DNA of 64,000 bases from Sphagnum compactum (lineage: Eukaryota), in contig OZ234494.1 of NCBI GenBank assembly GCA_965153455.1, positions 9,672,001-9,736,000 of the forward strand, in the 5' to 3' direction. This document shows positions 1 to 14,563 of the stretch, piece after piece (positions within the stretch are counted from its first letter, which is position 1; each line of letters opens with the position of its first letter). The notes under the pieces were generated by a model. That model saw nothing but the letters and a program-made list of their open reading frames with translations. It was not told the DNA's origin and made no database searches. The translations under genes and the position numbers were made by a program.

Positions 1-80
1 GAAATTTGCTCTTGTGACTTGACTTCTATATAGGCAAGCATATGAGAATTGTTGGGTAAACTGGAGACAAAACTTTTACC

Positions 81-3000
81 TTAGAGAATGCGGTCTGACT
101 GTGAAGGTAACCTTTTGAAGAAGTTCATGGGCAGAGCAGGCAATGGATCACGAAACCTCGGATGTCGCAATATATACACACCAAGCAGTACTGCAACCAC
201 TTGGAATGGTGTGACATACAGGATAATTGCTGTAACCAAACAAAAGCTTATGAAGATTGCAGTTGCCCTGTACAAACAACAGCAACTGAGTATTACACCA
301 AGCTGGTTGAAATCAGACTTGTGGATCCAATGGAAAAAAAAGCAATGGAATCATCAGAAGAGGATGGAGACGAGGCCTGGGTGATTCAAACTCTCTGACC
401 TTGGGTCTCGCCAACTGAGGAGAGCATGTAGACGTTCTCCCATGGTGGCAAGTTCACCAAGTGCATTCTGGATTCGACCCGCAACACCCCGTAGCCTCTC
501 ATACCTTCTTTTCAACACCTATGCATCACATTCCCAATGAAATAAAAAGTCATCAGATTTATGTGTGCAACCTTGACTCCTTTGCACACACAACCTTGAT
601 AGGTTGATTGGATAAAAAAAGCATGGGTTAAAGATGATGGGGAGTGTGAAGTTTGCTGCTGACCTCTTGAGCTCTACTGGCAGGTACAACATTGAATTCT
701 TCCTCCAGTTCATCCAGATCACCAATGTGCTCACCCTGTGAAAGCTTGGCATCCATGAAGGGAGGAGTTCTGGAACGGAATCGATAGTTCCAAGCTCCAA
801 TCAGGAACATGTATAGAAACATAGTTGGGAGCAAGAGCTCAGGGTACCACACAAGAATCAACAAAAGGATGTGAACAAGAACAGTTGTGACTGGGGATTT
901 CCAGCTGCAAATATCTGAAAACCAGTTCATCACTGCCATAACACCATTGAGCACACCCTGCACACACGCACCCAAAAAACAAAAGGCAGTTATTTTTGCT
1001 GTCAAAAGTTTTTCAGTATATTGAAGGAAGTCATGAAGTTCATAACATACTGTAGCCTGTAGGAATTTTCTAGCTTGAAAGAGAAGCTCACAAATGGGCA
1101 AATGTTTGAGAGCAGCAAGAACAGTTGACAATTGCCCTCCACAGGCAAAATGGAAATGATTTTAGTTCTCAAGTTCAAGGAAGCATATTATATTACCATA
1201 ATACGAAAGTAGTTAGCTTTGCTCCTACGCATACTCCACCGCTCTGCTTCTGTGTCAAGCATAAATTGAACAATCTCTTGCCTCAATGGAGGCTCAGATC
1301 TCATTAGTCTCAAAGCCACTATATTCATTGCTGCAACTCGCAATGTTTCCAACTGCTTTGCATCAAGAGGGTAGAAGTAATGCATTCGGGGTAACTGAGG
1401 CTGCAAGTAAGCTTGCATGAGGTTCAATGTGGAAGCACATGATAGCCGAACAGCCAGCTCCAGCTCTCCCATTTTCTTCACACCGTGGGGTGTGACAACC
1501 AACAATGGATATGCATTGGTATATACACGGTCACTCTCGAGTGTTGACAGACGTATTCGTACTTTGCCAATTGGAAGATCTTTTGCACCCGTTGGCTTAT
1601 CTGGTGTCATGAGATTAAATGTATGGCTGCAGAATCAATTGCAACAGGGTCAGATTTATACTGCACATCCACATATGCAAAGACTCTATCCTAGAAATCT
1701 TCTTATTACTCAAAATCAGACTAATATACTCTAAAAATTGCCATGACATCATAACTTATTGTGCTCCTGATCTCAGCCCATAATAAGACATACCGATTGT
1801 CGAATACACCAACTGTCAGTACAGTGCAAGGATCATCAACCTCCCATGTGTACTGTTCATTCCAGCGAGGATTGAAGCTCTCAAAAATGGTGCGGGTTCG
1901 AATCCACTTTTGCCCATATTTTGCAACACAATAAGCATCCGTACTCCCACGGCTGTCCTTGGTAGCCTTCATTGGGAGTAGGTTATTGGCACCATGGATG
2001 CCCAACTCCAACACACCCAAGCAAGGTCTCCAAAGCCGCTTTGCACTTGGTCGTGTGCTGCTAAGGTAGTTAGATGACTCGTCCATCACATGGTAGCCTC
2101 CATCAAAGCAGAGTCGCAGGTGAATTCGTCCAAGAAATCCACCGCCTTTCCCAGGCTCCTTTTCTAGAATATACCACCTGTTTGGTGCACAAAATATGTG
2201 AACAAGAGAATTTCTTGACATCTCTCATTTGAATGAGAAGTAGCCAATTGCTAGGAAATCTAATGCTTACATATGAAGCTCATCCCAGGCCAAAAGAGAG
2301 GCACCAACAAACATGTCTAAAACAACTAGGAATGGGTGTAGTGTACAGGCAGGCAAAAGAAGAACCTCACCTTGTAGCAACAGGACGTCCATCAATCCGA
2401 CTCTCAATACTGTGAAGTGGAATTCGCACCTGACCCAAAATGTCCTCCTGCAGAACAAAGTCATTTGGTCAACTGATGTGCAATGATGAGGCACATAACC
2501 ACCCATGATTCACAAACACAAAACAACACCTAACAAATAAACTAAAAATATGTTTGTGGACATTGGCCTCCCACTTACTTTGCCACCATTTCTGTCTTCC
2601 ACAAGAATGTGCAACAGATCATCAAAAGGCTCTGAAACGACAAACATCAAGTCTTCATGCCAGAAAGGGCTGGCACTCCTCACTTGAGCAAATTGTGTTC
2701 TCAACGTTTGGTAGGGAGCCACATGTACCTTCACATACTGGACCCAAAAAAAAACCCCACCCTCCAAAACATCAACTTAATACTGATCTTCCGATTCCAA
2801 GCACTCGCTAAACAGTCTACAGCAACAGTCAAAAACCACAAAATAGTTGATGAATTATCACACCCAAAACATTGGGTGAAGCTTCTTTCTAAACATCTGT
2901 CCAGTTTGTTCATCTCTTCAGCTATTGAAGACATGATAAAATTTCACATGCATGATGGAGGACTTAATTCTCCCACCAAAATTGATAACTCATCACATCT

Positions 3001-6000
3001 CTCAAGTGAATCAAAGACACACCGGTTCAGGTAACTGCCCTTTGTCAAATGGAACTAGATCTTGAGCTTCAATGATTGTCACCCGCAAGTACCAAAGCCT
3101 GGGTGACAAGTAAACCTTTGAGCGGAAATAGGGATGGCCACCAGTGTCAGATTGCCAGGCATCAGGAAATGCCTCATCTGCCTGTGTACCCCACCAGATT
3201 GCAATCAAAATGTCTCCTGAAAATGCCCAAAGGAAGGAAGAATTCAGCAACCTTGGGAATGTTAGAATGGTGACAAGCATTCATGAGATTCAATTTCTCC
3301 AGCAGTAATTTTAGACTTGCGGGATTCTTCAGAAAACAAACATATTGTTCCCTTGCAGTTTTCTGCAAATGCATTTGTAACAACGCAGTTCTTGTCACAC
3401 ATATATTGTGGCCCAGGAGTTAAAAGCTCTTGGGGAGTACGTGCATACCTCTTACTCTACCCTTTCCATTTTTGGCCTCCAGTCTATACCACTGTGGGGG
3501 TAATGGGCTTTCAGGAGGCTTCCGTTGTGGAACTTCATGTAAATCAAACATGAGCCCTCCAAGAAAATCATCTGCTGACTCCTTATCCTGCAGAGACAAA
3601 ACACAAAACATGACTCTCATTTGACAAACAACAGAGAAATCGCTTGAACAAGAGAATACTATTCTTGTTCATGTCCTTGTTTCAATCCAAAGTTTGTTTC
3701 ATACTGCTGCACTCTATGTAGATCAGACCCAGTGTATAATTCACATTATGTGTGTAATTTCTCAAGAAGATAGATCATGTGGATAGCATTTGCTACAATT
3801 CAAGGGCACTTTGCAAATCCCAGGGTTGAAACCACATTGTGGGCATACATACTGCTAGATGGTGCACAGAGTTAAGTCCATACAAAACACCTGTTTTCTT
3901 CATCAAGGAATCAAAATCTGGATTGATGATGCCTTGTTGTACATATTTCTGAATTTCCAAAGGGGAAGGAGAAGGAGAGTGAAGGATTAGGTACCGCATC
4001 CCATACTGTAAGTTCGAGTGTTCCTCCATGAATCTTATCTCTCCCCACAGCGAAGACTTCATTCCATTCTGGGTTGAGCTCACCCCTAATAATCCTGCTC
4101 TGTGTTTTGACTGCTCCCACTGTCAACCTCACATACTGTCTCCTCCCACACCCAACATTCAAGACCAAAAAAAAATTTAGTGCGTCTAATGTGTTTGACA
4201 CAAGTAAAAAACACAATGTAGTAGTACTGCACCACCTGCTGCAACAGATGATGAGTTCTTCAATTGGGTACATAATATATGTATATCAAGTGATCAAGAA
4301 AAATTCCATTTCAGGAGGAATTGATAGAAGAAAAAGAAATTGTTCAAGAAAAGTAAATTATTACTTACAGGATCACTCTTTCCATTAGCATCTTTTGCAA
4401 GGAGATCGCGAGCCTTGACCACACGAACAAACAGATAGGTCATTTGCTCAACAAGATCAAAGTGTGTTTTCAAATCCACTGCCTTTCCAAGATCGGGATT
4501 TGTTTCCTTGACTGTGAAATCTGTATCAGGAAGAGTTCTGGGAGTTGGTCTATGAAATTCTGGTTGCTGATCTGCCTTCACTATCCTTCTGATTTGCCTG
4601 ATCCTTTCCCCTCCTCCAGCAACCCAACCTTTTTCCCTTACTACTCCAGCCCCCAGCTCCCTGGTCACAGCTCCAGCATTTTCTCCTCCACCCCCACCTC
4701 CTTTCTCTGCCTCTTTTGGTGCTTCTTTTGGTGTCTCTTTTGGGACCTCTTTGGCAACTTCTTGTACTAATTTTTTCTGTTCCTCCTTGATCTCTTCTTT
4801 GGTCTCTTCTTTGGTCTCCATTTTTTTCTCCTCTTTGACATTCTCAGACTCTTTGATTTCCTTTTTTCTCTCAGGCTCTAATTTGTTCTCAATCCCTTTG
4901 GTCTCTTCTTTTTTCTCCTCCTTTTTTTCTTCTAGTTGCTTCTCCACCTTTTCTTCTTTGGGTTGTGGTGGCGGCGGCGGTGGTGGTGGTGACTCCATTA
5001 TGTGCCAGATCCTCAGCCTGAAGAAAATCACACTGCCAGGTCAATATAGTTCTTGAACACAAATCAAACACAAATCAAGTACAATGCTTGCAATGAAGGT
5101 AATTGATATTCTCGACTTGAATCCTGCTCAATGTCAAGACTTAGAGGCTTAAATTGGGTACTGAAAAGCCAACAAATGCTTCATGAGAATGCACTAGGAC
5201 TGATAAATTCAAGAGGTGCATGGAAACAACAAAGACTTGCATTGAACTGGAGATGACAAGTGATCCAAGGATTCAACAAAAAATGTGGTGTAGAGACTTG
5301 ACAAGGTTTTCAGATGTTTTTGCAACAAAATGTTCATCTAGATTAGATCTAGAAACCAGTTAAATGAACTAAGAACATGGTCCAAGTTGGTAATAGAAGC
5401 CATGCAACTAAAAATCCATGTGCACAGCTGTTTGATTATAGCAATCAATAGAAAACAAATGACCTGGAGTACTGGCAATAATAGTAGAGGGAATCAGAGA
5501 TTCAAAGCATTTTTCTTGAGCAATGATCTTCTGAGAATCAGCTGCAGCAGTTGATCAATATGGGAAGATTGTTCAAGGAGGTGGTGGCAATTACCATTGA
5601 TGGATTATCATCCTTTGGTATTGCAGGAGAAGCTGCATGTGCAAACATGAGCTTGCAGGTCTAGACTCTATAGATCTCAAGTTGGTACTGATCAGTGCTG
5701 GCTCTGCAAATTTTGCACTTGATGGTTAAAAACGAAATGGCAAGAAGCTTGCAGGTGAAGAAAAGTACTAGAATACTCACCCTAAGTCGCCTTTGATGTT
5801 AGAGAAGAGACCTCGTTTCTGCAATGGATACCATCTCACATCGCCTGGAGCACCGGGCATGAAGCTCAAAGGAACGACCACCCTTCCTAGAAAGCTGCTT
5901 CTTCTGCCGGTACCACTCTTTCGCTCATTCTGCACGTTGATCTCCAAGTCTCCGGGCATTGATGGATCTATTATGAGAAACTCAAACTGCGCAACGTTCA

Positions 6001-6835
6001 CAGCATACTTTCAAGCTCTCGATCTATTTGCAGCTAATGAATACGATCATGACGCCGCTAACACGACGCTCAAGTCTCAGACAAAATTGCTGCAGAGGAC
6101 TGACTTCAACATTGCAAGCATTTCGTGAAACAAATGCAGCAGAGGATCTAGCTAGTACAGTGGAAATCCATGAGGAGCATCATCAATATCTGATCAGTTC
6201 TCTCACCTTTTCATTCCATGCGGGATCGAGATCTTTCGGCATCACTCTCGTCCTCTTCCGTTGGTCGCCATAGTCGAGCTGCACAGGCAACAAAAAATTC
6301 TCCAAGTTAATATTACGGTGACGGCTGTTAGCATGAAGTCTTTGTGCACTTGAGGATCTGCAGCTCATGAGTCGCAGCAGTACCGATCATCGTCTAGTAG
6401 CAGAAGCTGTCTGATTGCAGAAGAAGAAGACCACAGTAAAACGCGACGAATTCGAAATGTAGAATTGTGGAACACAACACGACTGACTTCCTTCATCATC
6501 TACACTTAGATCTTCAAATTCCTCGCTGCACTTTGAGCTACAACTTCAGTATCATGACCAGTAGCAAAAACAACACTAGTCTGGACACTTTCCATGGTCT
6601 GGACACTTTCCAAAACCATTCTATCCATGGCTTCTTAATACAACAACAACGACAACGACAACGACAACAATAACAACAACAACAACAACGAGGAGTAGCA
6701 TCTGAAGCAATTCACAAATACAGATGAGACGAAACTCACAACACAATAAGCATTGGACGAGCCTTCTCCATCCTTGGGCATTAGACCTCTTGCAGACGTA
6801 ACCTCCACGACAAGTTTCCGTTCTACAGCCATCAT
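81..6835 (-). CDS. MCTP: Multiple C2 domain and transmembrane region protein (FTIP/QUIRKY family; four C2 domains plus C-terminal PRT_C/transmembrane region), 14 exons
   Basis: Exons read by eye, each with GT-AG junctions that keep the frame: 6740-6835, 6207-6278, 5781-5986, 4369-5017, 3995-4135, 3449-3587, 3023-3216, 2579-2737, 2371-2447, 1794-2177, 1197-1626, 664-957, 400-518, 81-267. Family motifs: KLVVEVTSARGLMPKDGEGSSNAYCV, FDLVEQMTYLFVRVVKARDL, IWWGTQADEAFPDAW, STDAYCVAKYGQKWIRTRT, WSMRRSKANYFR, LLSWRDPRAT, NFFKRLPSQSDRIL*. Poly-Pro/EK-rich linker after C2A. Confidence 0.95.
6641..6690. repeat. Compound (CAA)n/(CGACAA)n microsatellite in MCTP intron 1
   Basis: caacaacaacgacaacgacaacgacaacaataacaacaacaacaacaacg seen directly. 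Confidence 0.9.
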
Positions 6836-7087
6836 TTCTCAATCCTACAAACACCACACAGCTGCTGCACCCTCCTGCTACTTACTTCCCTTACTTACTC
6901 GTTCAGGAATCCCAAATTTCTTTTGTAACAAACCAAAACTCTAATCTACCCAAAACAAAAACAGAAAATCTGCAGACCCTTTCTTTTGATTGCATATCCC
7001 AACACAAAAGCTCAAAAAATCATTCAGACTCTACTTCTGCCCCCACTCTACTTCCACCAAAACTCCCCACACACCATACTACAAATC

Positions 7088-7148
7088 TCCTCCTCCTCCT
7101 CTTCTTCTTCTCGTCCTCCTCTCTCTCTCTCTCTCTGTTCTGTCTCTC
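7088..7148. repeat. Pyrimidine-rich (TCC)n/(TTC)n/(CT)n simple repeat upstream of the MCTP start
   Basis: tcctcctcctcctcttcttcttctcgtcctcctctctctctctctctctg, about 250 bp upstream of the ATG. Confidence 0.8.
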
Positions 7149-9744
7149 GTGCAGGCCGCTGTACACAGCGAGAATGCACTGCACATGGCGCTGCAATGGT
7201 ACCACACAACGGACCTGACATTGTGTACGTACGTATTTTGAGGTATGTATGTATTATGTATGTATTAATGTAGAGGGTACATAGGCAGGATTATGTATAC
7301 AGAGAGAATGCACTGCACATGCTCTGTAAATAGTATCACATGAATGACTTGGCATTGTGGACGTTGGTATTTTTAAGCATGTGAGTATGTATGTAGAATG
7401 TATATTTGAAGTATATTTGTATGTATGTATGTATGTGTGTAGACAGTACCAGTAAAGGGTATTTGAAGTTTTTTTTGTTGTTGTTTTAGAAACCTCACTT
7501 GGATGGCGATTGATGAATTAACGTAGAAGGATGAAGAAGAGGAGAAAAGTATGAATGAACTTTGTCAAAGGTTTTGAAGGAAATTGAATCATTATTTGTG
7601 CTGCTTTGTGAATTTTTCGTGCCCACTATAAAAAATTCTGGAAGAAGGAAGTATGAATGAATGGAAGTGGAAGAAGACAAAAAATAAAGTGGGAATGAAA
7701 TTTGTCCAAACTTTTGGCCAAAATTGAAACTATACTTGTGTTAGCTTTATGAATTCTTTGTACCAGAAACATACTTGTGGCAGAAAGGAGAAGAAGAGGA
7801 GGAAAAGTATTAATGAATTGTGTGTTTCGGATATAACTCAAATCATACTTGTGCTATTTCGTGACTTTTCTTTTGGGTGTAAAACTGAACTTTTTCAAAG
7901 AGACAGATAATGCAACATATAACCTAAACCCAACCCAACTAGAAGTTTTATTGGTACCTATGGAGTCTGAATTTGCTTGTCATGTTGATTTGGTGCATTA
8001 TAGAGACTCACATTACACATATGGGTGTGTGTAGAAATAAAATTGTTCTTTGTCCACACTCTTCCCTATGTGTCACTAGTCGTTGATAAGAGTGAGAAGT
8101 CTGTTCAAAGATGTGAGTGAGAAAAAGTCATCATCATGGGCACCACTCACTCTGATCGACCAACAGCCAAATTTTCTGACCCAATATCTTTTAAGGAACC
8201 AAAAAAAAAAAAAAAAAACTGGATTGTGAATGGAGAGACACTTAGTAGAGGAATCTATGCACTTTGTGAACTTGTCCCTGCCCTTTTTTGTGTCCACAAA
8301 CTGGTGACCAATGTTATTGTTTAAGAGTGTTTCAAAGTAGGCTAGATTTTGGATAAATTATCTAGCCTACTTTTCACAAACTTGTTGGTGATCAATTTTG
8401 TTTTGAGTATTGGGGGGTGTAGTTTGAGAATTGAACTTTTGCAAACTTCTTCTTGTGGGTCCAGATGCCAATATGATTTCTTGGGATAGGCTCCACCGCC
8501 CTCCTTGTCTTTAAATGGCTTTAACATAGCTATGCACCATAAAGAGAGATTCCACGTTTCAAATAGTCTTCAATCTTCAAATAATCTACAATCCTTTGTC
8601 GCAAATCCAACACTCTCGAAGGTAGTCCATGCATGCAAAATAGAGAATCTCCACATAGAACTCTGTCATCCGGGCTAAGAAATCATTTTTAAGTGCACAA
8701 ATGATGACAACGTAACAACAGATCACAGTGTTTTTGTATTTTTCTAAAGGTAGAAAATACATTACATACACAAGACCAAATTCGACAGCCAAAGTTGAGA
8801 TTTCTTGCATCTTGGGACTCCCCAACATAATTGTCTTATGGTGCCTTCAAAACTGTAGCTGTGGAAGTTTGACCCATTCCCAGAGATTTTTTTTTATTTC
8901 CTTTTGGTGGAAGGGGTAAGGAGAGGAAGCCTCTAGTAGAACTTAATTTGTTAAGAGGAAAATATTGTAGATGAAAATAAACCGACACTGAACAGCTCTT
9001 GTGGAACATGTGAGAAGCTCATCCAAAGAAGAAGGAAGCCGTTGTTTCTTCTGGTACATCAATTTGATCAGAGGAAATTTGTAGATGAAAGGTACAGACA
9101 ATTCCAGTATTTTCTGCACAATTCCGGTGTTTTTCTCCTCGTTTTCACATCAGTGCAAGCCATTAGAAAAACAGAATGTTTTGGTGAAAATTCCCAATGT
9201 CTTTTGCAGGTATTCTTATTTTGTTCCTTGTGGATCAAGCTGAAATGTAAAGGGTGAAAAACCAATTCATTAGAAGTAGCAGAAACTGGAGCAGATCTGC
9301 CCAGAGTGCTAGCAGAATGGACGGCTGCAGGCAAGGAAGATGTTGTGTTACATATTGACGCAGTCATTGTGTCCAACAGGGTCTATTTTCTGCACATCAA
9401 GGATCCTTCATGGATCCGGTCATTTTGTTCCGTTTGAAATTTCCTGAATTTTTTTTAGAAAATCAATGTCAGCTTTTGGGTGGTTTTTTTCCCCTCTTCC
9501 TAGACCTGTCTCCTCTCCGTATTCCTTTGTTCAAAAATTCTTGCATTCTTAACCTCTATCATTGATTCCTCATGGCTTTCAAATTTGGCCGTTTCAGGCT
9601 TGGTATCCAATAAAGACCCATTCTTAGCATACGGATGGTTTGGAATGTAGAGTTGCATCTTGATCAGTGTTGAGGAGGTGCTCACTTTGGAGGGCAAGAA
9701 TCAGCAGTTCCTTTTCCAATTGGAGAACCTGGACCTGAACCCCC

Positions 9745-10078
9745 AAAAAAGATCTTGATGAGTAGGATTTAATCAAATTTATTTGGTAAGATTTGGATTT
9801 AGAATGTGGAAGATATTGACTTTTAAGTGATTTCTGCTGCTGAAAATTCAAATAAATTCCAAAAACCCAGGTTTTGGAAGGAAAAATCAGTTGAGAATGT
9901 GATAACACTTAAATGTCTACCACTCAATTCAAGTAGAAGGAATTGTGATGTGCCTTTTGTGTTGCTGGAAAGATCTTGCAAGGGGACATAATTATAACTG
10001 GCAAAATAATGTCATATGTTGTGTCCACCTTACATTATAATGAGTTCACACTTTGGCCAAGGGCACAAGCCACACTAG
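9745..10078 (+). mobile_element. Putative non-autonomous Helitron, 3' portion (copy 1)
   Basis: About 160 bp (9750-9905) is similar to 10340-10490. Ends ggccaagggcacaagccacaCTAG|t, paralleling copy 2. 5' boundary approximate. Confidence 0.5.
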
Positions 10079-10082
10079 TTTA

Positions 10083-10523
10083 TCTATGAAGGAAGGTAAG
10101 TTTGTTTGTTTTGTTTTGTTTGTATTTATGAGATCTATCAAACCAAGATGTTTCAAATTGTGTTCTTGGTCTCTTTGGAAAGCTCTCAAGGAGGAGGGGT
10201 GCATGGGCTTGGTTTCATGGCGTTTGGACTTATGGTGTAGAAGTTCTTAAATATTGAATGATTTTTTCACTGAAAATTAAATTAAATGGTAGTTGAAAAT
10301 TTCGGAGGAATTGGAAAATTCCTTTGATGTTATTGGAAAGATCTTGCTGAGAAGATTTAATGGAATTTATTTGGTAAGATTTGGATTCAGAATGTGGGAG
10401 ATATTGATTTTTTAGTGATTTTTACCATTGAAAATTCAAATAAATTCCAAAAAACCAGGTTTTGGAAAGAAAAATCAGTTGAAAACGTTGTATCACGAGG
10501 GCCAATGGCACAAGCCAAACTAG
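10083..10523 (+). mobile_element. Putative non-autonomous Helitron (copy 2)
   Basis: a|TCtatgaagg ... gggccaatggcacaagccaaaCTAG|t: 5' TC after A, 3' CTAG before T, GC-rich stretch just upstream of the end, no TSD or TIR. Confidence 0.55.
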
Positions 10524-12590
10524 TAATAATGAAATTGAAGGGTCATCTATTTACAATTGTTACGAATTGGAATCCTTATTTGTGATTTGAGATTTGGAAA
10601 GCTTTAGGAAGGTGAAATCACATTCAAGGTCTGGGCCAAGACATCATAAACATTTTTAAAAACTAAGGATGAGGTACAATGTTTTTTATCCTCCCCAACT
10701 ATCAAACCTCTATCATTGTGTTATTTTGTGCTTGGATTGTATTCAAGAAAGTAGCTCCATTCTTTTCACAAAGTTCTAATTGTATTGTAAAAGTTAGCAC
10801 ACCTTTTTGTTGTTGCTAACAATTAGATAGGGCTTTATAAGCAAACACAATAACCCTTTGCCATCCTTGAAAGAAATGGTACATAAATTGTCCATTAACA
10901 CTTGGTGATTTGAACTAGTTGAATCCCAATAACAAAACTCACATGTGTAATCAATTGTCTTCTTGATTTTCATATATAATTTACCCATATTTTTTGTGAA
11001 ATAATTTTGCAAGAAAAGCTTTTGAAAAAAAATGTCACCAAAAGCATATACATGGCATAAGCTTGGCAAACCCTAATTCTTTCTTTGTGCTCATGGGTTT
11101 ATCCGAACAACATTAAATCAAAGATTTGATCTATTGTGATGTTTGTTCAAGGGGCAAAAGTTGTATGCTTTAGGTTTAAACCCTAGCTCCAAGTTGAGGA
11201 TTCTCCTTAATCAAACACTTGTAATATAATGATCAAGGATTATTATTTTTTAAAGGGGGGGGCTCTCACAAAACCTTGTATTTGCCTTTAATTGAAAGCT
11301 TTAAGTCAATTCAACCAAGTTCACATTAGTTGTCGGAGATTCCAATAAGGGAGAACATGCATGAGTCTACCATTAATAATTCTTAATTAACACCTTTGTT
11401 CAACATTTTCCTTATCATGGTGCAGACCTCAACAAGAGTAGCACAAAATAATGAAGAAGAAGAAAGTAGTAGAACACAAGATGCAAGTTCTTCTCATCAA
11501 TTGATTAATGAAAAGAAGCAAGACATCACTCCCATGTTGCAAGATCCTTTTATCACCTCCCTTGGTGATTATGTTAATTGTGCATTTTCAAGTTTGCAGC
11601 AATGACAAATAGAAGGTTGAAATTGTTTGATTTTCCTTCTGTATTTGGATTCCTTCAATTTCCTTTGGTTTTGGACTTTAATTTCCCAAGTTGTATTGCA
11701 TTTCTATCATTGACAATGAAAGTTTCTTGATGAATTTTCTCAAAATTTTCCTTGGTTGGGTTGAAACATGTTAAGACAATTTCATCAAGAGTTAAGTTAT
11801 TTTTCAAGTATTAAAATTTCACACTTAAAATAATTGATTTTATGGTAAGTGGTTTGTAATATTTTCCTTGGGATGAATACCACATGGAATAGATTTAGAA
11901 TATGATATCTACACAAAAGGGAGTGCAAGAAAAGCAACCTAGCCACCATCAATTCATAGGTTGTTGGAGTTTTGTAATTTTTGTTTCTAATAAAATGAAT
12001 CACATGTTGTAATTGGAAGGTTCAAGTTTTGCAATGCTTTGTGGCTATAAGGTTTGACTTTAAGCCCAACTTTTTTTAATGTTCTTGCAATGGTTTATTC
12101 AAAATAAATAAGTTGAATTACTTTTGCGATGTTTTGCACATTCTTGGATTTATGACAAGACAAGATTCTTTGATCTATAACAAATGCAAATTCTTGGATC
12201 TAAGACAAGTCATCATGGAGGTGACTTTAGTTTTTATGAATTGTGCATGGCCAATAATTAGTTAAACTTTGGGTCATGATCTTTTCACACCTATTTTAAA
12301 TGATTAATCATATTCACTTTGATGTTGTGTTTTGGCATTTCATGTCATCTTCCAACCTACCATCCTCATTTGAATGTTTGAAAGACCTAACTTCAAGCTT
12401 AGGTTCAAAAACTTAAATTCCATTTTACAATAGAAAAATCTAAAACCTCACATTATTTTATTTTAGTACATCCGACCATGTCAAAACCTAAATATAATTT
12501 ATCATGTTGAAATTGGTGTGCAAACATTATTTTGAATATAGCAAAAACACAAATTAAAGATTTTAAAAACCATTTACTTTGTAGAAGGGA

Positions 12591-12592
<2 letters not shown>

Positions 12593-12628
<36 letters not shown>
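12593..12628. repeat. (TA)18 microsatellite
   Basis: Seen directly. Confidence 0.95.
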
Positions 12629-12633
<5 letters not shown>

Positions 12634-14563
12634 GTAATTGGATCCAAAATTACAAGACTAGAGTAATAATAAACAAAACATTGATTGGGGTTTTGATATC
12701 AATATTTTTGTAACAACAAGAAAAATATTGATTGGCAAGGTGTTAGTTTGCTTGAGGAAACCAAATTTTAACATGCATTTTAGGTATTTTGGAATACCAA
12801 CAAGTACTAAAATTTACCAAAATCACAATTGGGTATAGTTACACTAACATGAGCCACATCAAGTGTACCATGTGCTTAGATTTTCATGTTTAGAAGTTAC
12901 AATTTAATTTGGTGTTGAAAGTATAAGATTTTTTATATAGTAAGGTTCATAACATATCATTGGAGCATCTGAATTAATCTAAAAAATATCCAATGAATGA
13001 AATACTTTCAAAAACATTCATTAAACATTATAACATGTGTTAAAGGAGTAGTTACTTACGATAATTATTAGTTAGTATATTTTTATTTACTTCAATTATT
13101 ATTTTAATAATTACTAGCTAGATTACATAGTTTTTATCACCATTTGAATTTGAATAGAATATAGGATTGTTTTTGTGAAGGAATATATTTTGGAAGAATA
13201 GGAAGAAATGAAGACCATGGCATCATTGTAGAACATGGAGCTTTAATGGAGTATGAAAGAAATATACTTCGAATTTTGGAAAAACTTTGTTTCCATGGTT
13301 AGAATTTGTTGTTTTAGTGTTTTTATCATACTTTCATTATTGGATTTTAATTCTGAAACTAGTTCTAAGTAAATCTGAATGAGTAGACTTTGTTAGTATT
13401 AGTTTTATTGCATTTTAGTCTAGATTTTAGACCAAAAAGATAGGATTAAAGATTTTGTATTTACCATTTGGTGACCATCCCAGGGTCTAAATATAAAGTG
13501 AATTTCAGAATGTTGTTTATGTCTTGCTGTTGAATTTTTTATTTCTATAAATAGATAGTGAACTTTAATTTTGTTTTCTACATTTTTTTTCAAATCTTGA
13601 TCATAATTTTTTTGTTCAGGAAGTAGATCTAAGTAGAATAATTAATTGTAAGGATTTTGTTTTAATGCAAAAGTTTGTTCAAATTTGAATTAAGATGTGG
13701 GAAATGGAAAATATAATTATAATTAGAAGTCTAAAGAGACAATTAGAGCAGGTTGTATTGTATGAACAAGTGGAAAATGGCATTGCCATTAGCAACAATT
13801 TGAGTGTAGATTAGGTAGATTAGTGGTTTAAAACACCTAAAGAGTTTCTTGGACAGAATAGAAACATTTGTAGATAGAAGAGAGACCTATAGGCCATAGA
13901 ATGCCTCAGGTAGCACCGATTATTTTTCATGAAGTGCAAACTAGTGAAGCACAGAGGTGCATTAGTAATCTGCTGCAAAATTCCAGGAGGGAAGAGTGTC
14001 AAATTGAAAATGCAGACTCACAGGTTGAGTTTAAACAAAGGAATCAAGAATCTGAACTTCGACAAATAGTTGTGTTGGAATCAACCAATCTGATGCAACA
14101 ACATACCTTTGATGTTTTGATTTAAGAAGAAAAAAAAAATTCAACATGTCAGAAAAGGGAGGAAGTAGTACTAAGGTATAGATCTATTTCACCTCCTTAT
14201 TATCGACACAGTCAGGAGAATGAAGAGTTTGAACAAAGAGCTCAAAATTTTGAACCTCCAATTCATTGTGTCGTTGAGTAAAAAGTTGTAATTTAAGGTA
14301 TTAGAATGTCTAGAAGAGTTGAGTTGGTACTTATAATTAGACAAGAAACTATAGTCTTACCAAGAGCATAACCAACAATGGCAAAATGTGTTCCTATGGT
14401 TGTAAGAGTGAGGTACAATGAACCAGATTTAATCAGCAAAATAGAAGCACAGTTAAAGGAGTTCCAATGGATTGGAATAGAGGGATTCACAGTGTGAATA
14501 AAGTTCTAAGACCAAATTCTCCACTTTGCACATACTACCATCAGATTAAACATCAGATTAATG

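Noticed and set aside
9068-9376. 102-aa minus-strand ORF
   Set aside because: No identifiable domain or exon chain; cannot support a gene call
11797-12003. FHVVFIPRK resembles the IS200 transposase motif
   Set aside because: Short chance match in a 68-aa ORF with no HUH or catalytic Tyr context
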